A stretch of 64,000 nt of DNA from an uncultured virus (IMG/VR IMGVR_UViG_3300030376_004364) (lineage: Duplodnaviria > Heunggongvirae > Uroviricota > Caudoviricetes > Crassvirales). Of the stretch, positions 38,238-47,687 are shown piece after piece. Numbering within the stretch: the first letter of the stretch is position 1; each line of letters starts with the position of its first letter. The notes under the pieces were generated by a model. That model ran no database searches and was not told where the DNA came from. It was given only the letters and a program-made list of their open reading frames with translations. Both the position numbers and the translations under genes were made by a program. The stretch lies in the IMG/VR virus record IMGVR_UViG_3300030376_004364. One strand, written 5' to 3'.

Positions 38238-38798
38238 TCATGCTTGACAGATTATTGTTTCAAATTCATTTTTGTTTTTCCAATCAAAAGATTTTAATAT
38301 CAGGGATACTCTTGAGTCATATTCTTCTCTTTGTTTTCTTGTAAGAGACCTGTATTTCTTTTCGTTTTCCGTATATTTAGAAGTTTTTTTAAACGATTTA
38401 ACTTCTAAATTTAGACATTCTATCTCCAAATTTAATGTTTTTATTTTATTCTGCAAAGAATAAATATATTTATTTGTTTTATTAATTTCTATATCTATGT
38501 GTGTAGAACCATCAAAATCAAAAAAATCTATAAATGATTTAGAACATTGTAGGTATAATTCATAAAGTTCTTTGTCTACTTTTATTACATAATCAAATCT
38601 TTTATTATAATGTAATATAGTTGCGTGGTCTTTGTTTATATACTCTCCAGTCTTAGTAGCAGTTGACCTTGTATGTTTCATAAAAATATTAGCAAAAACC
38701 ATTCGTGCTTCTACTATTCTTCTTTTTCTTGATTTACTCATTAAGTCAACGTCAAAAACCTCGTTGACAATTTGTTTTAGTTTTTCGTGTTTAGTCAT
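38238..38798 (-). CDS. DnaA C-terminal (domain IV)-like HTH protein with coiled coil
   Basis: SKSRKRRIVEARMVFA...TGEYINKDHATILHY matches the DnaA domain IV signature (R.R.iv.aR...rDHtTV.h). Confidence 0.75.
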   Translation of the reverse strand: MTKHEKLKQIVNEVFDVDLMSKSRKRRIVEARMVFANIFMKHTRSTATKTGEYINKDHATILHYNKRFDYVIKVDKELYELYLQCSKSFIDFFDFDGSTHIDIEINKTNKYIYSLQNKIKTLNLEIECLNLEVKSFKKTSKYTENEKKYRSLTRKQREEYDSRVSLILKSFDWKNKNEFETIICQA

Positions 38799-39112
38799 AA
38801 TAATATTTTATTTAATAAATAATAATCTAGATATGTGTCTGAATCTACAATCTCTAAATCTAGAAAATAAGTGATTGAGTCCTCTTCTTTTTGATATTTA
38901 ACCAGAAAATATACTGGCGTTTTTATATTCTTTACTACACCAGCGTAAGTTGTTGACCAGAATTTTGTTTCAGGTAATGTCATTGCATTCCAGTCTATCT
39001 GATTAGATATTTCTACTGCAATTAAAGGATGTAAATCATCTAGTGTATCTAAAAAATCACCATCAATTTCATACATGATTTCACCCTCTGTATACTTCAG
39101 TTTTGCACCCAT
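38795..39112 (-). CDS. Hypothetical protein
   Basis: 105-aa ORF overlapping its neighbours. Confidence 0.6.
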   Translation of the reverse strand: MGAKLKYTEGEIMYEIDGDFLDTLDDLHPLIAVEISNQIDWNAMTLPETKFWSTTYAGVVKNIKTPVYFLVKYQKEEDSITYFLDLEIVDSDTYLDYYLLNKILL

Positions 39113-39320
39113 GCTTTTTTAGTTCTTTTAATCTGTAACTTTGAAGAGGTGAGAGTTTGCCTTCTGGTTTCTTTACCTCGCTAAATAAAACTTTACTATC
39201 TGGAGGTATAGCAATCAAATCTGGTATGCCATTCTTATTAGTCTTAAGAAGCTTAATAACATAATAGCCTTCACTCTCTAATTCTTTTATTCTTTTTTTT
39301 TGTATCTGCTGCTCAGTCAT
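39081..39320 (-). CDS. VRR-NUC family nuclease
   Basis: EQQIQ...GIPDLIA...FSEVKKPEGKLSPLQ. Confidence 0.85.
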   Translation of the reverse strand: MTEQQIQKKRIKELESEGYYVIKLLKTNKNGIPDLIAIPPDSKVLFSEVKKPEGKLSPLQSYRLKELKKHGCKTEVYRG

Positions 39321-39326
39321 TCAAGA

Positions 39327-39334
39327 CAAAGTTA
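39327..39334 (-). promoter_or_regulatory. Bacteroidota -7 promoter element TAACTTTG
   Basis: TAnnTTTG on the minus strand, overlapping the helicase stop codon. Confidence 0.4.
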
Positions 39335-40561
39335 CAAAAAATCTTTTTTGAAATGACGTAAAGTAAAGTCCTTCTTTTTAGTTACAGCTTTGTATATCTG
39401 TTTCTCTATTCCACCTTTAGCGAACACCCAATACACATCGGACTCCAATCTTTCTTTGGTAGTCATCCTGTCTCTGGATTGCCAGTAGCTGGTAGCTGAG
39501 AAGTCTATATTATAATACACAAGAGCTTCTGCTTTCCTAAGACTTATTCCTTCCCTACCACTGACTATCTGTAGGGCTATACTCTTGTGTGTATTATTAA
39601 AATCATCCAGTTCGGTACATAATTCATCTCCATATACTTCCTTCAGAGCTTTGAGTTCTGCCTTGAACTTATAAAAGATTCCAATCTTTACGTCTCCAAA
39701 GTTGTCGTGTATAAATTGAGCTTTGCTGAGGTCTAGTATAGTAGAGTTGCCAGACTCAAACTTAACTGTTCCAGAGAACATCTGGTGTAACTTCATCATA
39801 AGCTTAACAGGAGTATCAGCTAAGATAGTTTCCTCACTCCCCTCTATTACTAAATCTTTTTGGAGTTTCTTGGTTAAGTTGTACGTTAGGTCACTCATCT
39901 CTACCTCAAGCACATGCTCTTTTGTGTCTACCTTGAAGCCTGCCTCCTTCTGAGTGTATGAGATGGTGTAAGGATTCATCTTCTCTATGATAGAGTCGTA
40001 GCCCCTGCTGTAATCTCTAATATACATACTATTAATCTTACGTTCTCTTACGTCCACATAGTCGTGGCAGAACTTATAAAAGTTTGCATACTGCCTGAAG
40101 GGATTGCGTGGAATACCATACACCTGGTGGTACATTTGACTGTACGACTCAGGTGTAGGTGTTCCTGACAACAAACAGACATCACAACCTGTTTTCGATA
40201 TAAGAGCCTTAACATCTTTAGCTCTCTTGTTTGGTTTAGGGAATGCTCCTGTTCCATGAGCCTCGTCTAATATTATCAAGTCCCATTTAATTTTAGGAAG
40301 CTTATGCATACTCTCATAGTTAATAACAAACAATACAAATGATGTAGGGCACATCATCTCATTGTCTTTTACTATGGAGCTTATCGCTTTCTTTTTAGTT
40401 AAAAAAAGTACGTGCTCATATCCCATCTTCTCTGCTATTCCTAAGCTAGTTAAGGTCTTACCGGTTCTAACTTCCATCGCAAGATATACAAACCCTTTGT
40501 CTTTTATTATATCTACGCCCTGTGCTATTATCTTTTTCTGATACTCTCTAAATTCTACCAT
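39332..40561 (-). CDS. SF2 (SNF2-like) helicase
   Basis: EVRTGKT, ILDEAH, LSGTP, SGREGISL and QSRDR motifs. Confidence 0.9.
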   Translation of the reverse strand: MVEFREYQKKIIAQGVDIIKDKGFVYLAMEVRTGKTLTSLGIAEKMGYEHVLFLTKKKAISSIVKDNEMMCPTSFVLFVINYESMHKLPKIKWDLIILDEAHGTGAFPKPNKRAKDVKALISKTGCDVCLLSGTPTPESYSQMYHQVYGIPRNPFRQYANFYKFCHDYVDVRERKINSMYIRDYSRGYDSIIEKMNPYTISYTQKEAGFKVDTKEHVLEVEMSDLTYNLTKKLQKDLVIEGSEETILADTPVKLMMKLHQMFSGTVKFESGNSTILDLSKAQFIHDNFGDVKIGIFYKFKAELKALKEVYGDELCTELDDFNNTHKSIALQIVSGREGISLRKAEALVYYNIDFSATSYWQSRDRMTTKERLESDVYWVFAKGGIEKQIYKAVTKKKDFTLRHFKKDFL

Positions 40562-42978
40562 TACATTAAAGCTGTTTGTATATTAACCTCGTCTTCTCTT
40601 TTAAGTCTTATCCATCTACCGGATGCATCTCTACCTTTCTCTGGCTGTGCTCCTGTTTTATAAACTGCGTATGCTGATAGCCATTTATTAAACTTAACGT
40701 GAGATATTGATAGCCTAGACTTAGGTCCATAATCTGGATACTCGGAAATAAAATCTAGATACAACCCATTGGTATGCATCCTGTGATTCACAGGTATACT
40801 AGCTCCGGCATCGGTTCCTTCAATCAAACCAAGCCACTCTATAAAATCATAAGAAGACTCTGCTGAAAGCTGTCTAATTTTTAGGTTTACGAACTTACTT
40901 TTAACAAGTCCTGTAGTCAAGTAATCTTGCATACAACCTACCATATAGTTATCAAACTTACACCACTCATCATCATTCCAATCTCCGAACATTAGCTTAC
41001 CGAACTCATCTAGTGGAGTAAAGTTCTTATTATAATGCTGATGTAATTCAAGCTCCCACTTTCGTCTAGCAAATGAATTACCTGCACCTTTAATAGCATA
41101 GTTAGTAGTAATAGCAATCTTAGGAGATTTACTAAAAGGAATCTTGATAGCATCCTTGTTCTTCTTCTCAAGAGTAAGACCCTCTGTAACTACACTAAAC
41201 AATCTTTCAAAATCAAAATGTTTTTTTACATCATCAAATACAAGTATCTGTGTATCTGCTGATACTAGCTGATAAGCAAAAGCCCTTTCGAATGTAAATG
41301 ATTTACCATCTATAGTCACTACCTTCTTCATTCTCTGTAGTGCATTCATAAACAACCCCTTACCTGTTCCTCCTTCTGGGTTATCGCTTATCACTTCATC
41401 GTTAAGTATAACAGCTGGACAATAAGATAAGTTCTTGTATCCATGCATTAGAAATCCAATCGTAGACTCCATAGATTTAATTCTGTCATGCTCATTATTA
41501 CAGATGTTATGTATAAACTTTTTATAATCACACCCATCTGACGAGCACTTGTTAAAAGCTCTGTCTATGATATGGTCCTTCCATACGAATCCATTGAGGT
41601 CAATGTAATCAATAACCTCAACATCATTTTTAGTAACCTTGATAGCACAATTGTTATAGTATAGGTATGAGGTGCTTTTATTGTCCTCCACAAAGTATAT
41701 ATCAATTGTAGATAGAAGTGTTAGGAAATCCTCTCTGAAGTATCTTACTTGGTCTGCAAAGTGATTGTAAATTGATGAATCGTCTAGCTCGATTACGCTG
41801 TTAAGCACAAAATCTTTAATGTGTTTCTCATCTGTATGGTCTACCAGATTATTAGTGACCTTTACAAAAACGTAGTTCTTACTTCCCTCTGGGCAGTACT
41901 TATAGAATCCATTGTCCTCAAGGAATTGTTTAAATAGTATGTGTACTATCTTGATTACTCCCTTGTCAGACTTGGTCCAGAATTGCTTCTGCTGATTCTC
42001 CTCCTCTACTCTATTTAGGACAGCCTCAATTACGTTCGCCTCAATGTGACTGTCTTCCAGTTGAGACTTAATTTCTTTTTTTGATGCTCCCCTTCTGAGT
42101 TTAACTCTTATGTTATTAACTCTTTCCTCATCTTCATAATACTTAGTTCCGAAGTTCTGCTTCTGAGCATAAGCAGAATTAATAGTTTGATTTATTTCTC
42201 TGTCAGTAAAGTCTGAGGTTCTGTAATTCTGTAGAACATATCCGGCTAAGGATTTGTTTATTCCAAAATCATTAAAGGCTGATGCTAGGATATAACAGTT
42301 GTTGTTTCTCTGCCCTTCTACCATAGGATATTTTTTTACCCACCACTTTACAAGAATCTCTACTATCTTATTCTCATCTGTGATTGGTATTGTAGGGACA
42401 TCTAGTTTGCTGTTTACCTCTGTATATTCTTTCTCTTTTATCTCCTCCCATACACTAGAGTTCTTGTTAACATAGATAAGAGGGTCATAAGATTCGTAGC
42501 ATACTCTTGATAAATTTTTACACGTAGTATCAAAATGAGAGTTGTTATAATGAATCTCAAGGCTATTAAAATAATTAACGTGATTGTCTACGTCTTGAGG
42601 TATCTTAACTAATGCTTTTAAACCTTTACCAGAAGGAGATATAAACACAGAGTAAGTATAATTACTTTTTGTTAGCTTCTCCTTGTCAGTTAAAAGTTCT
42701 TTGTTGCTTTCATAACCATCAAAATCTAAGCATATAAGTCCAGAGTGCTCAATAATAGATTTGTCATTTCGTTTATTAAACTTACCGGAAAAACATATTG
42801 CTGGTAGATTCTTTTTTAGTTCGTTTCGCTGAGCTTTGTTCTTCTCAGTTCTTATCTTTTTAACAAGCTCTTTAGTAGCCCCACTTTTAATTCTCTCTAG
42901 TATAAAGTCTATGTCTCTAAAGAAAGGAGTTGAGGTCTCCTTTATGTTCTGAAAAATTGTGATTTCTTTAGCTGCCAT
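40561..42978 (-). CDS. Primase-helicase (BT4734/VirE-N-like primase, PriCT, P-loop helicase)
   Basis: KKNLPAICFSG, HSGLICLDFD, FISPSGKGLKA, RVCYESYDP; EGQRNN; GGTGKG and LVFDD. Confidence 0.85.
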   Translation of the reverse strand: MAAKEITIFQNIKETSTPFFRDIDFILERIKSGATKELVKKIRTEKNKAQRNELKKNLPAICFSGKFNKRNDKSIIEHSGLICLDFDGYESNKELLTDKEKLTKSNYTYSVFISPSGKGLKALVKIPQDVDNHVNYFNSLEIHYNNSHFDTTCKNLSRVCYESYDPLIYVNKNSSVWEEIKEKEYTEVNSKLDVPTIPITDENKIVEILVKWWVKKYPMVEGQRNNNCYILASAFNDFGINKSLAGYVLQNYRTSDFTDREINQTINSAYAQKQNFGTKYYEDEERVNNIRVKLRRGASKKEIKSQLEDSHIEANVIEAVLNRVEEENQQKQFWTKSDKGVIKIVHILFKQFLEDNGFYKYCPEGSKNYVFVKVTNNLVDHTDEKHIKDFVLNSVIELDDSSIYNHFADQVRYFREDFLTLLSTIDIYFVEDNKSTSYLYYNNCAIKVTKNDVEVIDYIDLNGFVWKDHIIDRAFNKCSSDGCDYKKFIHNICNNEHDRIKSMESTIGFLMHGYKNLSYCPAVILNDEVISDNPEGGTGKGLFMNALQRMKKVVTIDGKSFTFERAFAYQLVSADTQILVFDDVKKHFDFERLFSVVTEGLTLEKKNKDAIKIPFSKSPKIAITTNYAIKGAGNSFARRKWELELHQHYNKNFTPLDEFGKLMFGDWNDDEWCKFDNYMVGCMQDYLTTGLVKSKFVNLKIRQLSAESSYDFIEWLGLIEGTDAGASIPVNHRMHTNGLYLDFISEYPDYGPKSRLSISHVKFNKWLSAYAVYKTGAQPEKGRDASGRWIRLKREDEVNIQTALM

Positions 42979-42995
42979 GCTGTGTTTGAGTTATT

Positions 42996-43062
42996 TGTGT
43001 CGACTTTGTGTCGACTTTGTGTTAGTTAACTACCTGATAATCAGTAGTTGTGTTGAAAATGT
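42996..43062. promoter_or_regulatory. 11-bp tandem repeats plus CTGATAATCAG palindrome; candidate origin or operator
   Basis: TGTGTCGACTT x2 and a degenerate third copy, then TAACTACCTGATAATCAGTAGTTG; related elements at 50413 and 51187. Confidence 0.5.
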
Positions 43063-43146
43063 TATCTTTTTAATCTCATATAGGGGAATAAATATAAATA
43101 AAGTATATAAATTATATAGTGTATATAGAAAAAAAAATCAACATCT

Positions 43147-43172
43147 AAAAAAAGGGGTGCTGTAAACACCCC
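43147..43172 (-). terminator. Intrinsic terminator after the SSB-like gene
   Basis: GGGGTG/CACCCC stem followed by T7 on the minus strand. Confidence 0.8.
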
Positions 43173-43183
43173 ATTTAGTCATA

Positions 43184-43465
43184 CTAAAAAGGAAGGTCTT
43201 CCGACTCCTCAGCTTTAGTTTTTACAGGCTCATCTGTTTTCTTTGCTTCGAATGTATCCACAAACATATACGGATTTCCTGCTCGGCTCTCTTTGATTCC
43301 TAAATTTACCCAACCATTTTTTTGATTGGCTTTAAGAAAGCTAATAGCATCGTCTACTTTGATACTTAAACTTCCCAGAACAAAGTCTGGAGCATTTGCA
43401 TGCTTTCTTCTAAATTTAAAACCATCAGCAAAAACTATTTCTTCTTTGGTGTTTGAATTATTCAT
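43184..43465 (-). CDS. Putative single-stranded DNA-binding protein
   Basis: 93 aa with acidic EESEDLPF C-terminus, in the recombination cluster. Confidence 0.65.
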   Translation of the reverse strand: MNNSNTKEEIVFADGFKFRRKHANAPDFVLGSLSIKVDDAISFLKANQKNGWVNLGIKESRAGNPYMFVDTFEAKKTDEPVKTKAEESEDLPF

Positions 43466-43622
43466 ACTCTTTATCTATTTTTATTTGTTGCTCCAATGTT
43501 TCCATAATAGCTAACATAATATCTTGTTTAGCTTTAAGCGATTTGCAGACCATCGGAACTTCAATCCACATAACACTTTCTTTTCTAAAATATTTCTTTA
43601 AAAACTTTTTAAACCTCTTCAT
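43458..43622 (-). CDS. Small hypothetical protein (54 aa)
   Basis: Manually translated MKRFKKFLKKYFRKESVMWIEVP...; fills the gap and overlaps both neighbours. Confidence 0.5.
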   Translation of the reverse strand: MKRFKKFLKKYFRKESVMWIEVPMVCKSLKAKQDIMLAIMETLEQQIKIDKEYE

Positions 43623-44340
43623 AAAAGTAGAATTGGTCTAGGTCCTCTGAAGGATTGTCTCCATAAAACTTTCTGTATTGCTCAACAGCCTTGATTACTT
43701 TCTGCTCGCCTCTCTCTAGGCTCTCGTCACTAACAGGATACATCCCTAGCATACGAGTAGTCTTATCTATGACTAGAAATACTAATGGCTTATTGAAAAG
43801 TTCTTGATAGATATAAGCTTGGCTATCGTAATTAAAGTCACGAACACTCCATTTAAACTTATCTATAGCTCCAGTAGTTTTGATGTCTATAAGGTGCTCA
43901 CTTCCAACTATATCTGCCTTACCTTTCCACATCTCTCCATGTATTTCTTTAACCATAGGTACTTCATACTGAACATCCTGCTCCTGTATCAAGGCTCTAA
44001 ATTCATCTACGTTGAGCATCGTCTCAACTAAGTTCTCCATCATAATCTTTTCCTTAGTCAGAAGTCCAATCTTTAAATTGTTCTCCTCCAGAAATGAATC
44101 ATAAGCCTTACCTCTCCTAGTTGCTAGGTCGATATGAGGTATAGCCTGTGCCTTCTCCGGCTCTAGAATTAACTGATGAAAATATCTTCCCACTAAAAAG
44201 TTTTTGTTATCCTCCTGTACTGCGTTAAAGTTCTTAGGATTCTTCAGTAGGTCTCCTATATTGGAATTGGAAAGATAGTTCTTCCCAACTCCGTTATAGT
44301 ATTCGTGGTCGTCTTGTAGTAGTTTGATGATGTCTTTCAT
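43609..44340 (-). CDS. PD-(D/E)xK exonuclease (RecE/DUF3799-like)
   Basis: LSNS, GRYFH..ILEP, KGKADI, IDIKTT and YDSQAYIY motifs. Confidence 0.85.
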   Translation of the reverse strand: MKDIIKLLQDDHEYYNGVGKNYLSNSNIGDLLKNPKNFNAVQEDNKNFLVGRYFHQLILEPEKAQAIPHIDLATRRGKAYDSFLEENNLKIGLLTKEKIMMENLVETMLNVDEFRALIQEQDVQYEVPMVKEIHGEMWKGKADIVGSEHLIDIKTTGAIDKFKWSVRDFNYDSQAYIYQELFNKPLVFLVIDKTTRMLGMYPVSDESLERGEQKVIKAVEQYRKFYGDNPSEDLDQFYFYEEV

Positions 44341-44342
44341 AC

Positions 44343-44954
44343 CTATAAAGTTTTAGCTATTTCTTTCTTAACTACGCCTGTCATACTATATTTTTTAAGA
44401 AGATTTTCTCCAATAGTCTTAAGACCCAGCTCTTTATTATCAACTACATACTTCATAACCTTATCCCAATTATCATCGCCTACATTTAAAACTATTTTAG
44501 TTGGTTTCTTTGGAGCTGGTTTCTTTGGAGCTGGTTTCTTAGCTACTACTTTACTTTCTCCATTTGGAAGGTCCTCTCCAGCATAAACATAAAGACCTAG
44601 ACCTTGTCTAGCTATAGCCTTAGTTAAACTTCTCTGAATAGTTTTATTCACATCTACAGAGGTAATCTTATCTACTAGAATAGAATTGTTTCTGAAGTCC
44701 ATAACCGGAAGATATTCAATATGCTCCTGTCCTTCGATTGTTACGCCTGTTTTTACCCAAGCTGACCTACCATCTGTATGGTAGAACATACCATTAATAT
44801 CCTCATAGATAGTATATGTAGCTGAAGGATAATGCTTCTTAACCTCTGCCCAAGCCCAAGCCCAAGATAGATACGTTAGGTTATTCTTTTTCTCTACTTT
44901 GTCATTTACATTGATAGAGTTCAATGTCTCGAATACTGATTTTGATTTACTCAT
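44343..44954 (-). CDS. Sak-like ssDNA annealing protein (DUF1071 type)
   Basis: VEKKNNLTYLSWAWAW, LPVMDFRN, NKTIQRSLTKAIARQGLGLYVYAGEDLP. Confidence 0.88.
   Translation of the reverse strand: MSKSKSVFETLNSINVNDKVEKKNNLTYLSWAWAWAEVKKHYPSATYTIYEDINGMFYHTDGRSAWVKTGVTIEGQEHIEYLPVMDFRNNSILVDKITSVDVNKTIQRSLTKAIARQGLGLYVYAGEDLPNGESKVVAKKPAPKKPAPKKPTKIVLNVGDDNWDKVMKYVVDNKELGLKTIGENLLKKYSMTGVVKKEIAKTL
44503..44540. repeat. 15-bp coding tandem repeat (KKPAP linker)
   Basis: GGTTTCTTTGGAGCT about 2.5 copies inside the Sak-like gene. Confidence 0.8.
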
Positions 44955-45357
44955 AACTTTCTGTTTTAATTTTAGTGTTAATTTTATTATACATCTTAAT
45001 AATTCTTTCTCTATGTGTCTTGAGGTGTTTGATTTGCTTTGGGTTTTGTTTTGTGTTCATCTCGTCCTTTATCTTATCCTCTATCTTCTGTAGTTTTAGA
45101 TGATAAGTTTCGATACAAACATTATAAACTCCAAGCCTCCATCCTTTCTCTTTGAAATATTCCTTCTGCTGGTCTGTGATTATACGATAGTAATCTCCAC
45201 CAAGAGCTGTGTTATGAATTGTAATTATTCCAGACTCTTCATCTAAACTAATTTTACATCCATATAGTATCCTAGCTTGATAGCTTTCGCCATCGAGATT
45301 AATTGCTTTATAATCTTCTACAGCCTGTGAGAATATATCTTCTAAAGTGTAACGCAT
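44947..45357 (-). CDS. Hypothetical protein
   Basis: 136-aa ORF overlapping its neighbours. Confidence 0.7.
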   Translation of the reverse strand: MRYTLEDIFSQAVEDYKAINLDGESYQARILYGCKISLDEESGIITIHNTALGGDYYRIITDQQKEYFKEKGWRLGVYNVCIETYHLKLQKIEDKIKDEMNTKQNPKQIKHLKTHRERIIKMYNKINTKIKTESYE

Positions 45358-45644
45358 TCGCTAATATTATTAATAATTTTTTTATAATCAGAGTCTTTTT
45401 TAGCTCTGTCTTTTACCTGTTTTATTCCATGAATAATGGATGAATGACTTATCTTGTATCCGTTATCCTCCATAAATTGTTGGATGTATCGTATACGCAT
45501 AGGTCGTTTATGGCACAGGTAATAAAGTAGCTGTCTAGCATCTACTATGTCTCGTCTTTTATCTTTTGTAAAAAGTTCACTGGGTAATAGAGAGTATGCA
45601 TCAGATACCTTTGATACATACCCATTAAAAATTGGATAGTGCAT
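45342..45644 (-). CDS. Second DnaA domain IV-like HTH protein
   Basis: KDKRRDIVDARQLLYYL...SHSSIIHGIKQV. Confidence 0.7.
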   Translation of the reverse strand: MHYPIFNGYVSKVSDAYSLLPSELFTKDKRRDIVDARQLLYYLCHKRPMRIRYIQQFMEDNGYKISHSSIIHGIKQVKDRAKKDSDYKKIINNISECVTL

Positions 45645-45667
45645 TTAATTAGTGTTTTAGTTCGGTG

Positions 45668-45675
45668 CAAATTTA
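45668..45675 (-). promoter_or_regulatory. Bacteroidota -7 promoter element TAAATTTG for the replication operon
   Basis: Intergenic TAnnTTTG 23 nt upstream of ATG 45644. Confidence 0.7.
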
Positions 45676-45712
45676 CGGAATGTTTATCTATTGTGCAAGG
45701 CTTGTCCGTTAT

Positions 45713-45853
45713 TTACACATAAAATTTTAATTCTGACTCTAGATATTCAATCCTTTTTTGTAAGGTGTTTATCTTTTTTTGTAGAGCATCGACTCTGTAT
45801 TGGTGTTCAATTAAAACTTGGTCTGTTGTCTGATTACTAAAATTTGTTTTCAT
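45713..45853 (-). CDS. Small coiled-coil protein (46 aa)
   Basis: MKTNFSNQTTDQVLIEHQYRVDALQKKINTLQKRIEYLESELKFYV. Confidence 0.6.
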   Translation of the reverse strand: MKTNFSNQTTDQVLIEHQYRVDALQKKINTLQKRIEYLESELKFYV

Positions 45854-45881
45854 AATTTATTTATTTTTAAAGGTTATTAAT

Positions 45882-45901
45882 GGGAGGCTTTTATACCTCC
45901 C
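45882..45901. terminator. Intergenic hairpin, possible terminator
   Basis: GGGAGG/CCTCCC stem near the 3' end of the early operon. Confidence 0.5.
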
Positions 45902-45909
45902 TTTAGTTT

Positions 45910-46140
45910 TTATTTTACTAATTGTATAAAAGTGTCTTTTCCTCTTGTGTTCCAGCCATCGCCAGTTTCCTCTACTACTGTTGTTAGCACTTTTAAGTCA
46001 AGTAGTAAAGCTACAGAGTCTACTACTTCTGTTTTGCTAATTCCCAACTTACCACCTCTCCATATTAGGTTTTCAAGATGTCTTACATTTCGTTTTTGCA
46101 TTAAGTTTAAAAGTGATTTGATGTTTTTGTCGTGGTACAT
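45910..46140 (-). CDS. Early hypothetical protein
   Basis: 76 aa, starts 30 nt after the predicted HHR1 cleavage site. Confidence 0.7.
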   Translation of the reverse strand: MYHDKNIKSLLNLMQKRNVRHLENLIWRGGKLGISKTEVVDSVALLLDLKVLTTVVEETGDGWNTRGKDTFIQLVK

Positions 46141-46163
46141 AATTTTTTGATTTTTAGTGTTTA

Positions 46164-46227
46164 AGATTAAGACCTCTATGCTTCACAGCATTGAGGTTTC
46201 GTCCTAACAGGACTCATCAGTTAATCT
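46164..46227 (-). ncRNA. Type I hammerhead ribozyme HHR1
   Basis: AGAUUAA CUGAUGA GUCC-UGUUA-GGAC GAAA CCUC-AAUGCUGUGAAGCAUA-GAGG UC^UUAAUCU; GUC triplet, cut between 46171 and 46170. Confidence 0.95.
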
Positions 46228-46228
46228 G

Positions 46229-46501
46229 TTAGCAGAAAAGTGATTCAGGCTCGTTCTCCTGTAGAGTACGAATCTTTTTAACCCACATAAACCAGTTGCC
46301 TGTCTTTATAGCTAAACCAAGTAGATACTCCACATCATCAATATCAGAAAAAAGGTATTCATCTATAGAGTCTCTGAGTCCGTTTAGTTGCCAGTACATC
46401 TCATCGTTGTACTCATAGCCTCCAAACTCAGTGAATATCTCCCAGCATTCATCATAAATTTGTTTACATTGCTTTCGCATAATCTCTAATGTAGTCTCCA
46501 T
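46229..46501 (-). CDS. Early hypothetical protein
   Basis: 90 aa, acidic; stop 1 nt before HHR1. Confidence 0.7.
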   Translation of the reverse strand: METTLEIMRKQCKQIYDECWEIFTEFGGYEYNDEMYWQLNGLRDSIDEYLFSDIDDVEYLLGLAIKTGNWFMWVKKIRTLQENEPESLFC

Positions 46502-46502
46502 A

Positions 46503-46868
46503 TTATATAGTATTATACATTTCTTTAAAATCTTTATAGTTTCTAAGAATTACTTTCTGTATGCCCTCTCCCTCAGAGTTTAAGGCTTCCTCTTTACGAC
46601 TCGCAGTTAGTCTCTTGATATCATTATCTCTCTTGTACTGGTCTAAAAACTTTTTCTCAGTCCTCTCTATCAATCCCCATATTAAGTTCTGCATACAGGT
46701 TCTAAATTGGTAGGACTCCCAAGTCCTGTTATAGTATCTTACCTTGCCTTCTTCGACAAAGTTTCCATCTATGTATAGCTCTGATTTGTGTCCCCAAGAC
46801 CTACTTGTTGACCACCCACGACTTATGATGTCGTAGGTTCTTCCGTTAATTGTTCTAGTGTGTTTCAT
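46503..46868 (-). CDS. Early hypothetical protein
   Basis: 121 aa with YYNRTWESYQF motif. Confidence 0.75.
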   Translation of the reverse strand: MKHTRTINGRTYDIISRGWSTSRSWGHKSELYIDGNFVEEGKVRYYNRTWESYQFRTCMQNLIWGLIERTEKKFLDQYKRDNDIKRLTASRKEEALNSEGEGIQKVILRNYKDFKEMYNTI

Positions 46869-46901
46869 AATCTTATTTATTATTTTATAGGTTGTTTAGT
46901 T

Positions 46902-47228
46902 TTACTGATTTATTAAATTTACTATTTTACTTGCATATCCTCTACTATTCCAAGAGTAGTAAGTCTCAGTTGAAATAGCATTTAAGTTAATTGAAGGAAT
47001 ATTCAATTTTCCACCATTGTATTCTCTTGTGCCACCACCAGTAGTGTATCGTAGACCAGCACAAGATGTGTACTTATATTCACTCCAATCATAATAATAG
47101 TTTTTTATGTTTAATTCGTTTAATAGTCTCGATACCATTTTTAGTTGTGGCATTCTAGCACCTTTAACATCATTAGCTTTTAATTCTAGTCTTTTTAGTG
47201 TATTTTCTGATTTTTTAGTTAGTTTCAT
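46902..47228 (-). CDS. Early hypothetical protein
   Basis: ATG at 47228 (MKLTKKSEN) carries the shared AAUAAAUAAGAUU leader. Confidence 0.7.
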   Translation of the reverse strand: MKLTKKSENTLKRLELKANDVKGARMPQLKMVSRLLNELNIKNYYYDWSEYKYTSCAGLRYTTGGGTREYNGGKLNIPSINLNAISTETYYSWNSRGYASKIVNLINQ

Positions 47229-47232
47229 AATC

Positions 47233-47382
47233 TTATTTATTATTAAATTCATATCTGTAGAAATCTGCAACATCTATTAATTTTTGTATTAAATCATTTT
47301 TGCTATAATATATTAATTCTGATGCATCATATTCATCTGTAAGTAATCGTTCTAATTCTGTTATTATTTCTGTTCGTTTCAT
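47233..47382 (-). CDS. Early hypothetical protein (49 aa)
   Basis: MKRTEIITELERLLTDEYDASELIYIIAKND...; same leader. Confidence 0.65.
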   Translation of the reverse strand: MKRTEIITELERLLTDEYDASELIYYSKNDLIQKLIDVADFYRYEFNNK

Positions 47383-47394
47383 AATCTTATTTAT

Positions 47395-47673
47395 TTAGTA
47401 TGCTCTCGAAGGAAGCATTTGGTTTAAATCATAATCTTCTCCCAGCTCTTGCGAGAAGTATCTGCTGAGGTCATCTGCTAACTTCGTTAGCTCAGGATTG
47501 CCATACCAATCTTTGATAGTACAATCGTTCTGAACACTACCTAGCATCCCACCACCAAGATAGTTGCAGTATGCAGTCATCTTTTGGTCTTTGTAGCCAT
47601 AAGGCGTTAAACTAATTTCAACCCCACCACCTCGTGATGTGATTCGTTCTCTTAAGATTTCAAATTGTTTCAT
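47395..47673 (-). CDS. Early hypothetical protein
   Basis: 92 aa, starts 21 nt after the HHR2 cleavage site. Confidence 0.75.
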   Translation of the reverse strand: MKQFEILRERITSRGGGVEISLTPYGYKDQKMTAYCNYLGGGMLGSVQNDCTIKDWYGNPELTKLADDLSRYFSQELGEDYDLNQMLPSRAY

Positions 47674-47687
47674 AATATATAATTTTT

